This document shows positions 1-13,802 of a stretch of 64,000 nucleotides of DNA, piece after piece. The notes beneath the pieces were generated by a model. The model worked only from the letters and a program-made list of their open reading frames with translations, searched no databases and was not told the DNA's origin. A program made the translations under genes and the position numbers. The stretch comes from Lepidodermella squamata (lineage: Eukaryota; Animalia; Gastrotricha): assembly GCA_047495785.1 (NCBI GenBank), contig JBLDXI010000019.1, forward strand, positions 1,178,001 to 1,242,000, read 5' to 3'. Every line of letters begins with the position of its first letter. The first letter of the stretch is position 1.

Positions 1-2493
1 CGCACTCGTCGCTGGCGCCGTCAATATTCAGTGGCAACGAATTACTTTTCCGAGCACTGCAAACAACACGCTTTAGCAACGAGCCACGCTCGTTAAACGT
101 TATCGATGCTCTCGAATTATTTCTTCTCGGCTCATCTGCGGATCAAATCGACAAAATTCTGGTGCCAGGCTCAGGGCAGCACCGGTACGCGCTTGATTTG
201 GCGCCGTTGAATGGCGGTTTTCACGTCTATTCACCGTCGAATGCCGCTCTTTACAACCTAATACCGGCCAAGTCGGTAGAACATTCCGATCTAATGATTC
301 TTACCCGAGTGAAGTTCGACTCGATGAAACGCCAATTGCATAGAAGTCTCTTCACTGTTTCAACAATCGACTCAACTCTTACCCTAAACGCGTCGAATAT
401 CTTTGTGCAACCAATTTTCACAGTTGGAATAATTGAGGATCGGCTGCTGATCGAATATTCGCGGGATGTTGAATCTCAGCCCGTCAAACTATCGGCTCCG
501 CTCAGAATTCTCGACGAAAAATGGCATTCCATAGTAATACACTGGTCGAAAAGCGTTGACGAAAGCGATGATTTTTACGTTTGGCTCGATTGTCAACTGG
601 TTTATCAAAGCGTTGCACCCCACCCGGAAATGTTTCTTGACAAAAATTGGCTAATTTCAGTTGGTTCGCTGAACAATCCGAACATATCGATTGTGAGGAA
701 ATCCGACGCCTTTTACATGAACGAGCCATTTGATGGCGTTATCGAGCAGCTTGTTATCAGTCAAGATCGGACATTTCTGCATTGGGACGACCAATGTCGG
801 TATCAGCGAGAGACCAGCGCTTCGAAACTCAGCTGTCCGATATGTTCGTCAACAGTTTTTTCCATACATAACCCAATCACGTCAGCTCAATCAAAACTGA
901 TGACGGCTATTGGCAGGAACAAGCAGCGGCTGGTCGAAGAGTTCGACACTATTAAAGAGCAGTTGAACGCGGCTTTGCAGAGAATCGAATTTCTCGAGCA
1001 GGTTCAGAAGCTGGAGGAAGAAAGAACTGAAGCTTCTGGTCGATGTTTTGAACGCGAAGGAAGCCGATATTTCAATTTGAACGAAAGCTGGTCGGTGCAT
1101 AATTGCTCCCGCTACTGCACTTGCCACTTGGTTAATAACAAGCCTCGGCCAGTTTGCGAGCCGCTTAAATGTTCGCCTCTTCAAGCGGCTGACTGTCCGA
1201 AATATCCATACGGTGGCATTGTTTGGGACTTGGCCAACGGCTGCTGTCCAAGATGTCAGCGTAAAACAGGACAGGAAAAAACGGTCGGAATCGGTAGATC
1301 TTGCGTTCGGTGGCACCGAGCGTCGTCTGTGCCTCACGGAGCGCATTTTTTCATCCGACTGGAGAACGACACTTGCGCTGAGAAAAGGTAAATTTTGATA
1401 TAAAAATGAAAGCCACTCATAAAACGGGCTCAGATCTTAATCCAATATTTTTTTATTACCACGGTGCAATTATATATGAAGCAATATCGTTCTTTTCGTA
1501 GGTGCATTGATGGGCGAGAAACGGTTATTCGACAAGGTCACAAATCTCTGTTTTGTGGCAATTGTTTGAACTTTTCGAATTCATCGACCTCGGCAACGTT
1601 TGAACCAATCCGCAGTCTCGTTTCCTCTCGCCAGATCTGCTGCGGAGCCGGTTTTGGAACGTGCAAAACTCGAAGCTGCGAGCTGAATTCATCTTTATGT
1701 GATCATCCAAGCCGGGCTTATTGCATCGATACCCAGGAGGATATCGAGTGCCGATGCCGCGACGGCTTTATAGGCGACGGTTCTCGTTGCATTGGTTTGT
1801 TCGAATTTTGAATTTTAAGAGTAAATTCGTTATGGCAATATTTTTGTTAGATATCGATGAATGCCAGCAACCTTTTGGTTCCAGATTCTCCGCAAACTGC
1901 TCTGATTCCGAAATTTGCATAAATTCTCCAGGAGCCTATTATTGCGTAGCTAAAACAATTCCTCATCTAGACTCACATTCGGCTCAACATTCAATTAAGC
2001 TGAACGATCGACCGAAATTGTTTCGGAACTTGCTGCCACCAACGCGATGTGACAATTCAAGTGAAATTTTGGTTCAGTTTTCGCCATCACAATCGACTTG
2101 TCAATGTCTGGATGGCTTCGCTCGAATTCGGCCTTCCATTCTTTATGCCTTTAAAATGAATCAATTACCTCGAATAGTGGCAGAGGAAAAATCACTGCTG
2201 CAATCGCGAAAGTGTTTAGGTGAGAACTTGTTTCATTTCTATGGCATGCTTTATCCCTCAGGTGCGTATTTTTAGATGTCGATGAATGTCAGTTAACACC
2301 TGATATATGTCAGGGGAGGCATCAATGCGTTAATGTCCCGGGTTCGTACATCTGCTTATCCTTCACTGCTCAAGACATCAAATTTACCGCCAATGCGAGG
2401 CGTTCAACTGCTAATTCTGCTGTGCCGAGCGCAAATAATTTCGCTCTATGTGTGGTTTTTGTTCTCTTTGATGCATTTTTTATGCTGGCTTGA
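1..2493 (+). CDS. NELL-like protein (TSPN/LamG, coiled coil, vWC, Ca-EGF repeats); 5' end outside window; hydrophobic C-terminus
   Basis: Frame is open from base 3. LamG motif 'ILDEKWHSIVI...YVWLDCQLVY', coiled coil 'IKEQLNAALQRIEFLEQ', vWC 'NESWSVHNCSRYCTC...CCPRC', cbEGF 'DIDEC/DVDEC...CVNVPGSYIC'. GT-AG introns at about 1388-1501, 1795-1850 and 2220-2275 keep frame; stop TGA at 2491-2493. Confidence 0.8.
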
Positions 2494-2849
2494 GGCGAGC
2501 TCCAGTCAGCCGACCATGTACAGCTGTTAAAACAAAAAAATAGAATCTTCAGCTAACGATCTCTCGCCAAAATTGTTATCTTTGAAAATTTTGTTACGTA
2601 ACGCAAATCTTACTGCAAATATATATAATTTCCTCGCTCGAAGTAATCAACGATTTGATGATAAAATAAATTTTTGTTGAAAAAAGCAACGTGGCACAAT
2701 CAAAACACTTTATTTGATCTCGATCCAGTTTGTTGTCGTTGAAAGCCATTATCAAGCGATAGTAGCAAAATGCAAGCGCTAAGACGATGCGGAAAAATAA
2801 TTTATTAATTTTCATTGCAATCAGGAGAAATACAAACGCAGGTTTAACG

Positions 2850-3920
2850 TCAAGAAAATTCGGAAGTCGACGAAGGACAAAGGATTAAATGAAGAAAGTT
2901 ATCAGGGTATGAAAGATTCTGACTAAGCCAGAGCAGCTCAGCCTCTGACGGCAATGCGATTCCATGAGTTAGAAACTGCCAAGACCTTTCTAAGGAAGCT
3001 TCTGGCAGACGAGTTCGTTTGACCATTGTGGGTAAAGTTTCCGTCAAGAGATCGCCAACGGTTGACGGCCGGCTATCCTCCCCGGAACTACTAATCAGCC
3101 GAAATGATAATTTGAAGGTATTCACGACTGGAGTGGCAGACTCGGAATAACATGTAGGAAGCTAAGATATCAGATTATAAGTTTCAAGATATACAGTTAT
3201 CAGAACTCGTTTACCATGTGAATGACCACAGGAATATTGAGGAAAGTTTTGGAATCAGTGCCTTGAACAGGTTCCATCAGCTTACTGTTCACTCGCCAAA
3301 ACCCTTGCATATCTAAAACGCCATGCAACATTTATGAATAGCACTCTCACGGCTAGGTTCGAAGCTCACCTGTAAATAAGGAGGACCAAAGTTGCTGATG
3401 ATCGCGTTTCTGGAATGAATTCATGACGGCACTCCGGTGTTTGATGGCGTCCGCTTCTTTGACAGTAGACATGAAGAGAGATTCGATTTCTTGCACTTTC
3501 GGCCAGAAAAGCAGCTCATCGACAGGGAAATTCTTGAATCTCACCGTGACAGTCATGACAGCTGCAGCTACTTTTGCATATGATACTGATGCACATAGAT
3601 CGTAGAGAACTCCCACAGGGTAGTGCCACTTCAAAGCCACGCCCTTCCATTCCATCCAGATGCGGCTTTGATCGACAGAATCTACTTCAGACTCAAAGTG
3701 CTTCACGACGCGTTCCATCACCATTGGAAAGTACAATCGCCTGGAAACCATCATCTAAAAAATTAACTTAATACAAACTTTTCGAGTGCGATAGATCTTT
3801 TTATCATACAAAAAACGGATCTGGTGCAGTAAATTTCGAAGATTCGCTAGGGTCAAGGACGAAACAAACGGGAACCTTTCCGTCCCAAACCAGCTTAATC
3901 GCATTTTCTTCCTCAGTCAT
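2850..3920 (-). CDS. ATG5: Autophagy protein 5 (multi-exon)
   Basis: MTEEENAIKLVWDGKVPVCF N-terminus, 'ALKWHYPVGVLYDL', 'FMSTVKEADAIKH', C-terminal 'LSYPDNFLHL'. Confidence 0.97.
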
Positions 3921-4037
3921 TCAATTTAACAATTTCCTAATAATGGACAGAATATCTTGAATTATTATCTTTCTTTCGAGCACTTAGTTGTATCTCAAAA
4001 TGCAATCGGGCCTCCTCACAAAAGTTTTTCCATGCGT

Positions 4038-4523
4038 TTAGAACTGGATAACCTTATTCTGTTTGACGGAAACAAAGAAAAATAATTTAAAATGAGCAGA
4101 AATTAGTGAAATGATAGGAATTACCTTCTGCCTCTTCTCACCACCAAGTTCGAAATGCCTGCATCGCTTGATCGGGAGTTGCTTCTTGAACTTACATTCA
4201 GTACATTCCATACGGAGTACGATCTTCTTAGTGGTCTTGGCCTTTTTACGGAAGATGGGCTTAGTCTGACCACCATAACCCTTTTGCTTTCTGTCGTAAC
4301 GACGCTTTCCTGGTTACATAAAAAATATCAAACTATATATACACATTATAATAACAACCTTGCACGTGCGTCGAGGCCTTGCCAGCCTTGTATTGAGTGA
4401 CCTTATGCAAGGTGTGTTTACGGCACTTCTTGCTTCGGCAGTAGGTGCGGCGAGACTTCGGGATATTGACCTGTAAGACACATGATGAAGAATGGATAAC
4501 AATAAAATCTTTCAAAGTACCAT
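4038..4523 (-). CDS. RPL36A: 60S ribosomal protein eL42 (L36a/L44), 4 coding exons
   Basis: ATG at 4523-4521, intron 4520-4471, then [11 protein letters not shown]...[10 protein letters not shown], intron 4358-4310, [35 protein letters not shown]...FELGG, last exon NKVIQF*. Confidence 0.98.
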
Positions 4524-4884
4524 TTCCCACTATTGAGGTCAAATCAATCTATAACAAAAAATAAATATAGTATAGGGTGGCCATGATAACATATTGACAT
4601 CATAACCGCATGGCAAAGAGCCCACAGGAAGAGTGAGACACAACACGAGGACGTAGGCAAAAAACTCAGAAAAGGTGGAAAATAAATGGGCGAATCCGTT
4701 CTCGATCTCTTGTCATATCTGAATAGATAATTTGTGGAATGAGAACACGTTCAAAATTCAATTGAAACTAGTTTCCGCTTTTCAATCTCGCAATTTTTCA
4801 AGTTATTAACGGCGTTTATCACACGTTTCACAAATCCATGATGAACTATACGCTATACAGATATTGATTTCATGATTGCCAGAA

Positions 4885-5046
4885 AAAACATGGATACCCA
4901 AAGCATAAAGTATCCCGCGCAATAAAAGCATAAACTTGCCGCGCAGCGCCCAGCACCCAGCGCCCAGAAACCATTCTTTCATCAGTATCGGAACCAAGTC
5001 GAAGGTCGACGTAATGGTCTCGCGCTTCTTGCATGAACCGCGCGTC
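4885..5046 (-). ncRNA. Unidentified highly structured element (back-to-back hairpins ending in oligo-T); possible ncRNA
   Basis: Stems GGATAC/GTATCC, CGCGCAA/TTGCCGCG, ACCATT/AATGGT enclosing GTCGA/TCGAC, and CGCG/CGCG. Two adjacent loops share AAAGCATAAA. T6 follows the last hairpin on the minus strand. Confidence 0.3.
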
Positions 5047-5480
5047 ATTCCATTTGTTATTCAAATAAATTTCCGTAATAGCTGAAAAATAGTCGCAATA
5101 TATGTTTTATCAACGAATTGAAATTTATATTTTAATTTTGAAATTTTTTGCCGCCATCGCCATTTTTTCGCGTTATTTAACGCCAGCTAATCAGATCCAC
5201 TTAGCGGTAATTCTCATCATCACCTGCGACCTGCGACTGCGACTGTTATGTTATCTGACGTAGAACGAATTCGTTTTCTCTTGGCGCTGAAGTTTCGTAA
5301 ACTGTCTTTCAATTACCTTTCTTTGAAATTCAAGTATTGAGAGTAGGCTGCTAATAATTATCGGCTTTGCTTGCCTCCGGGCTGAATATTCCCGAACCGG
5401 GGCGCAGATTGCAGATTTGAACGTGTTTTCTTTTTATAGTCGATTCCGTTCTTATTTCCGCTTAAACGTTAACATCACAA

Positions 5481-6094
5481 ATGGCTGCCGCTGAATGCAT
5501 TCCCGTTACCATCAACAATGGCAATGAGACTGAGGACATGAAGAAGGTGGGCAATAAGCTGTTATCTAGCTCAGACTCAGAATTTAACATTTATCATTTT
5601 TTAGATCAATGGTGCGAACGGTGATCATGCCGAAGCTAATGGCTGTCACAAAAACGGAAAGGCTCATGGTTAGTTGTTTTGTTAAAAGTGTCTTCAGACC
5701 TATTGTTATCGTATTTTTTCAAATAGACAACGCAGAAGGTGTTCCAGAAACTGCCACCGACAACTCGAACACCGAATCGACGGAGCCGTCTGAGAAGACC
5801 GAGACTCCCGGCAACACTGGCGATGAAGAAGTTTGTGAAGATGAACCTGCGGTAGGCACTGAAGAAGTTGGGGAGTTTGACGAGCGCATGAATGGTCACA
5901 ACAAGAAAGATGAGGAATGTGCCGAGGAAAGTGGAGAAAGCAACGATGCTGAGGACGGATGCGACGATGCCGAGGATGGCGTTGCCACCAAGCGCCCAGC
6001 CGATGATGGAGAATGTGCGGACGAGCCGTCGAAAAAGTTCTGCACTGAGGCCGAAGGCGAAGGGGAAGGCGAAGCTCAAGCCACTTCAGAGTAA
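5481..6094 (+). CDS. Small, very acidic disordered nuclear protein, prothymosin-alpha-like (3 exons)
   Basis: MAAAECIPVTINNGNETEDMKK|INGANGDHAEANGCHKNGKAH|DNAEG...; E/D-rich, with a C-terminal bipartite NLS-like KRPADDGECADEPSKK. Introns about 5547-5604 and 5669-5726 keep frame. Confidence 0.75.
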
Positions 6095-8296
6095 AACATG
6101 GCGCCCTAAATCAGCTTATTGAACATTCTATAATTTTTGTGTTGTTTTTTCGGAATGTTTTCTCTTAACTACGTGTGACATCCGGTTTTTGTTTTGTCGT
6201 TGTCTCATCTGACGTTGTTTTTTTATCATTCAACTAAATGACGCCATGATAGTCTGCATTCGTTCTGCCACCAACGAATCGTAGTGTATTTAGGCATTGT
6301 CTTTCGTCAATAGGTATCTGCTAACTTGGCATTCCCTCTGGTCTGCTTTTTATCGTATCTTCGCAATCTTTTTACTTTGAATTTCGGTTTTATTTGCCGC
6401 TCAATGCTCAAGTCCTAGCTGAGGCCAAGTAAAACCTACTTTTCTACCGCAGATGAGAGACGATTGGCGAAGTATTCATAGTGACACCTCTTGTATCTTT
6501 GCTATATGAAATCTATCTTACCGATAGGGTCATAGGTAATGTGCTGCATTGGTGACATTCTATCTCGTTTCTCGCGTTGTGTGAATCGCCTATTCTTGAT
6601 CGAATTCAATACAAAACAATCTTATCAACAATAAAATTTTGTTTAGCCGTATTTTTGGTTTTTATTAAATAAGCAGTCTTCGCAGAATTGAGACGTTTAC
6701 CATACATATCCTAATTTTATGCTGATACTGAAGATTTACGATGCAAGGCTTCACCGCTGATTCCATAAAACTCGTTGATTTGAACCAAACGCAGCAACGC
6801 AGTGTCATAAGTGCCGCCCTGGAAGGGCAAGGCGGAAAATGTTCCTATCTCTTTGGTAAGTAAAAGAGCAGCCCTTTGCTTCAAGGTGTTAACCGTCGAC
6901 TAGAGGCTCACTGTTAGTTGATAGCGCAGACCTCTCATGCATCAGTGGAGCCACACTGAGGATCTGACATAGTGACTACGCCTACCACTGAAGTATGATG
7001 CAAACTTGTTGGTAAGATTGATGATGCCTGATGGCAAGAATAAAGTGCTTCACTAACTTTATTCGTTATCCCCAGTCCAGACAGTCAGGCCTCGATTTTC
7101 AACTGATGATTCACCATCTTCAAGTTTCGGTCGAAACGTCAAGCTGAAAACACATTTATTTCGCCGTCCTTCCTTAGCCAAAATTTTTATCAGGTTGTTC
7201 ATACTTTCCCAAAAGATTTCGTTGCTGCTCTTGTTCGCTTTCCAGCTACTGACGAAAATAGCTAGCAGCTGAAGAAAATTGCCAAGATTAAGTACACGAT
7301 TTTGATTATTAAAATGAGTGGGTTTTGGTGATTTCCATGTCTCGCCTGCATTCGCCTTCTTCGAACCGTTCAAGTCGTAAAAGAGGATGAAAAGCCTTAT
7401 TATTGCATGAACATAAGACCACATGATTATGCCCACATCGACTCCGTGTGATGTCTCGTAGTCTACAGCCCCTTAACCCGTATGAGTAAAGCCACTCTAC
7501 AGCCCACTACAAGCCAACGAGGGCTTTTAATGTGGTCATTTGGTCCGCTTCATGCCGAATTCAGCTCCTTTAAATGCAAGAAACTCAATATAATTTAATG
7601 AAACACACAAACATCTTCTAGCAAAAAATTTATTCGCTGAAAACTGCGTTCAAAATCGCTCACTTGGCGGATTCAGAAAACATGCTGCAACATACAGGCA
7701 TAAAATAATATCAGGTGTCAATTCAAAAATAATTTGTACACACATCAACCTTATAAATTTTATAAACACAAATGGCGAGGTTTTTTTTATTGATCACAGA
7801 GAAATCGATGTTACCAAAGAGGCGAAAAGAGAGCGTAGCCACCTGCTAGCGCGAGCTCTTCTGAAGCTTGTTTATATGTATATCGAGGCTCTTAAATAAT
7901 AATGAGATGTTCAACGCGCTATATTACTGCCTTGAGTGCAACAACACGCCGTTCTTCCTCACTTGGAGGCGAAAATGCAGATGGAACTGGTCGAGAAGGT
8001 TAGGCAAAATTAACATAACAAGATACTGGCTCAAAGGCTCAGACTCAAAGTCCAGCTATCCGCGTTATCAAGGCTGGCTTATTAGACAAAGGATACGAAG
8101 AAGGTTATATTCCGTGAAATCATAATTACATATCACGAAGCCTAATATCAATTACTTAGCTGTCAATGAAAAGATGATTTAATAATCTCATGAAAATCGA
8201 TGCGTGACACACGGTTTGAAGACATGACTCATCAGTAGTTTAGCCGATAAATATTACTTATGGTGAAAACACTCGGTTTGGAGGAAGTCTTCAGAT

Positions 8297-10246
<1,950 letters not shown>

Positions 10247-13200
10247 TTTTTTCGGGAGAGATATCTACTGATTATAGTGATATCCACTCTTCGAGCGAAC
10301 TGTAAGCATCATCGCATCTTAGAATAGTAAAACCAATGACCTACTAATCCAATCCTAAAATATTGCCATACACAGAAATAGGTTACGTTTCACTTAGTTT
10401 AATAGCTTTGAAATCACAAGAAAAAGAAACACAAAGAAAAGGAAATTAGCATTGGCGAAAATGAGCAACTTCATAAATACTTATTAGAAGCTTTGCGTGC
10501 ACGGGAGATTTGACTTTCGAGTACGATACTAGTACCGGGTCGCACCTGCGGTTGCAATAGACGCTAATAGTTCAGTAAAACTATTTTTATCTAAAATTTG
10601 AATATAAATTTAAACGTTTATTTATTTGAGTAGGAAATAATATATGTGAACATATTTCGCCGGGAATTTTGAAAAAGTTGAATGAGGGGGCCAGTGTTCC
10701 GTCTGATGCTGTTGACATGCAATCGACCGAATTGAACGCGCGAATCGACCCATTGAATGGTGAAAGTAAGCATTTTTTTCTGCAATGAACCCATATCCAC
10801 TTAGAGAATCGTCTTCTAGGTTATCTCGCCTGTGCGGAATTTTAACTCGCAATCAAAACTAACGCCGCTGCCAAATTCATCTGACTAAAATTCAAATTCA
10901 GTCGACATTAGGCTTCATAAATGGTGCTTTGTATCATAACATAATGGTAAGCATGTGATAGACTAAATCATAGATCTTTTTCGGCGGATGCTGGCATAAT
11001 TGTAACTGGGCTGTAAACTGGTAATGTGAACTGGAAGCATTCGCGATGATACTGGGGTAGACGATGACGAGGTCCGAGCACTACCTCTCTTCCTTAGATA
11101 GATCTCAGCGATTCCATGGACGGATCTCAACGGAGTCTTTGACCACACTGTTGAACATTTTTGGATCCTCCACCTTCTTGATCTAGCTGCTACCATCAGT
11201 GAAGAAATCCTAGACGTTTACCGAGCCCAGCTCCTATCGACGCAAACTCCGGAGCCTAAGTCGGTTAGGTCGCGATCCCAGTGTGTCATGCTGAAACCAC
11301 GAGACCTACATTATGTGAAACATGTTATGATGCTAATTACTGATGTGAACTAAAGATAAAGACCTAAAGACCACTTCCTTGAGCTCTCAGCTATTCGATG
11401 ATTTTAATTATGAGCTTGAATGAGCTTTTAACTTTGGCTTGAAATGAAATCCGACATCAGTCCGGAAATTCCTTGGTGTAAAAGTCATGTGGATTCTTGG
11501 TACTTTGATCTTATTTGTCCCGATGGTGGCGCAAGTTCGAACATGATAGCGTTGTAAAATAAAAAAAAACCCACTTCTACGAAATAATTCAATTTTCCGG
11601 AAATTATAATTTTTAGATAGGTACCGCAGATGATGTTTTCAATAAAAAAATTTGGAATATATTTCAATAATTCGCACTTCAGCTGATTTTCAATTATATC
11701 AACTTCTTGCTGAACAGGTTCGAGGTGCAAGAGTCTCATCGTATTGCCAGAGCGATTGCTTTGATTCTATTTGAATGTTACAAGCAAATGAAATGCCGAT
11801 ACTCATAAATAATGATATGATTGATTAAATTTATCTACGTGATCATCCTTCCCCGAAAAAATTACGAGTCAGTCTATAGTGTGACATTCGACGTAGCCAT
11901 TCTTATTATCCTCCGCATCACACAAACGAAACAGACGCACCATGTCAATAGTTATCGAGGTCACCAAACATTCAGAATTAGTACCAGGCCGCGTTTGACT
12001 GCTCTATGCCAGCCGCCATCCGAAGCTTTCTTATACTTATACCGATGACGTATCACAAATATTGCCCGAAGAAGAAGAAGAGGCCGCGAAAGCAACAGAC
12101 GGCGACTCGGGTCGAACGCTCACAATTATTAGTCATCATTCATCTGGCTCCGGCCGCTAACTTGTGTTTACACACCCAACTATGCAATATATGCGCGCGC
12201 CCATATCGGCAACGGGTACGGTTGTTGGCACACCGCAGTATTTCCGTACCGATATGTGGTGTAATCATCACCAACGTGAGTTGCACGTCTCATGCGACAA
12301 GATTTTAAGCGCCCTGTTATATTAATTCTACCACAAAAACGCAGCTTCAGGTGTTCTTACATACAGCGGCATACTTATATGTAGGGTTTAACTGGGTATA
12401 TAGCTGCCAAAGGTGACCGCAAAATGGGAGTTGATATGGAGCCGCTGCGTTGCATTATTATGCAATAGTAATCATACTCCCAGGCTGTGAGATATGCCTG
12501 TCGTAAATCGCATGCACCTGTCGCCATGTTTGGCACCGATTCAATGCGTTTCAGTCATAAAAGCTGAATCAATTATCTCAAATCAATAATTTCCATTACC
12601 GCTTTGGACAATTAATTTTTCTTGTCTCTGTAGTTGCCGCTGGTTTTTTCTAGTTAACTAGCACGACACTAGTAATAATATATTAAAAAAATGCATTCCT
12701 TCAATATGAGGCTTTCTGCCAATCTATCACAGTCGGATTACCGAAAATGGCAAACAACCCACCGCATGGATAATTTTTATCTCGCAGCTCTTGCTCCCAA
12801 ATAAATACATGCCAACTACGCGAAATATGTTTTGACGTTTTGTAGAAAGTAAATAACAACATGCGTTATCGAGACAGCATTTTTCTAGGGTTTATTACTC
12901 AGAGACATGTCATTTAGCCACCAGCAGAAAGGCCAACAAGTGTCAAAGATTAATATCGTAGTATATTATATTTTTAGATCTTGAGACTGTTACCTACCGA
13001 ATTATATGGGCAATATAAAAAATTGCTATTCATAAACTTTGCGTTGGCGTGTGGTAGCATTATGTAGTACGCCAATATTTATTATCAGCCATGAATGTCT
13101 AATTTTTATTGTCGTTCTTGACGATTGCGGATTTTTGGCACGGCTGCCATGCGAGTGCAAACCTAATTATGAAGAGCCATTTTTTCATGTGCCTGCGTAT

Positions 13201-13802
13201 TTTGCGCACGCTGCTCTTCCATAACCTTTAACCTCGCGACAAAACATCGGCATGCTATTATTTTGCTCTTGAGGATGCATTTTTTTCAGGAAGGCTCTTA
13301 TATTGAGTGAATGTAATAGGTATGTTACATGATACTGCTAAGATATTTGCTATAATTCTGGACTCTAAAATCCTGTTCTACTTAAATAATTTTGTAACGA
13401 CCGAGTTTTGTATTACTTTGGGCTGGCATTAAGAATAGAATGTTAAGTGTAGATGATAACTGATGGCTGATTTTTTGTATGGCAACAGAGGCGCATAGTA
13501 TTAGCATGTAGACGTTTAATTAAAAAGTTACTTCGAATAAACATATATAGGCATTTTCATGGCAGCCTTTCTCCTGTTTGCGTAATATAATCAAAGCCAC
13601 TAATTAGTCTGGAAAACTTTTCGTCCAAGCTGTTTTCCAGCTTTCAAATTTTTTGCATATCAAATGCGCGAATAATCATGTTGTTTTCGCCTGCACCTAA
13701 GAGTGAGGTGTGATATCATCATAAAAAAATTCGTCCATTTTAGAGAAGTCAGAAATGGCTGTTCATAATTTTCAAATGTTCATAAAATATTCTTGATTCA
13801 AC

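Noticed and set aside
4975-4990. CTGATGA on the minus strand as a hammerhead core or C/D box
   Set aside because: No correctly placed stem II-GAAA and no downstream D box.
6938-7002. CATCAGTGGAGCCAC resembling the RNase P RNA 5' region
   Set aside because: No CR-I or CR-V motifs follow; it is only an imperfect local hairpin.
7059-7436. 125-aa minus-strand ORF or transposon remnant
   Set aside because: Non-ATG start, no recognisable domain, no splice support and no paired terminal repeats.
10551-10563. Possible X-box upstream of STK33
   Set aside because: Only one good half-site (GTTGC); spacing and second half are poor.
10622-11739. Short minus-strand ORFs between STK33 and the LRP gene
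   Set aside because: I could not join them into a consistent spliced frame and saw no homology.
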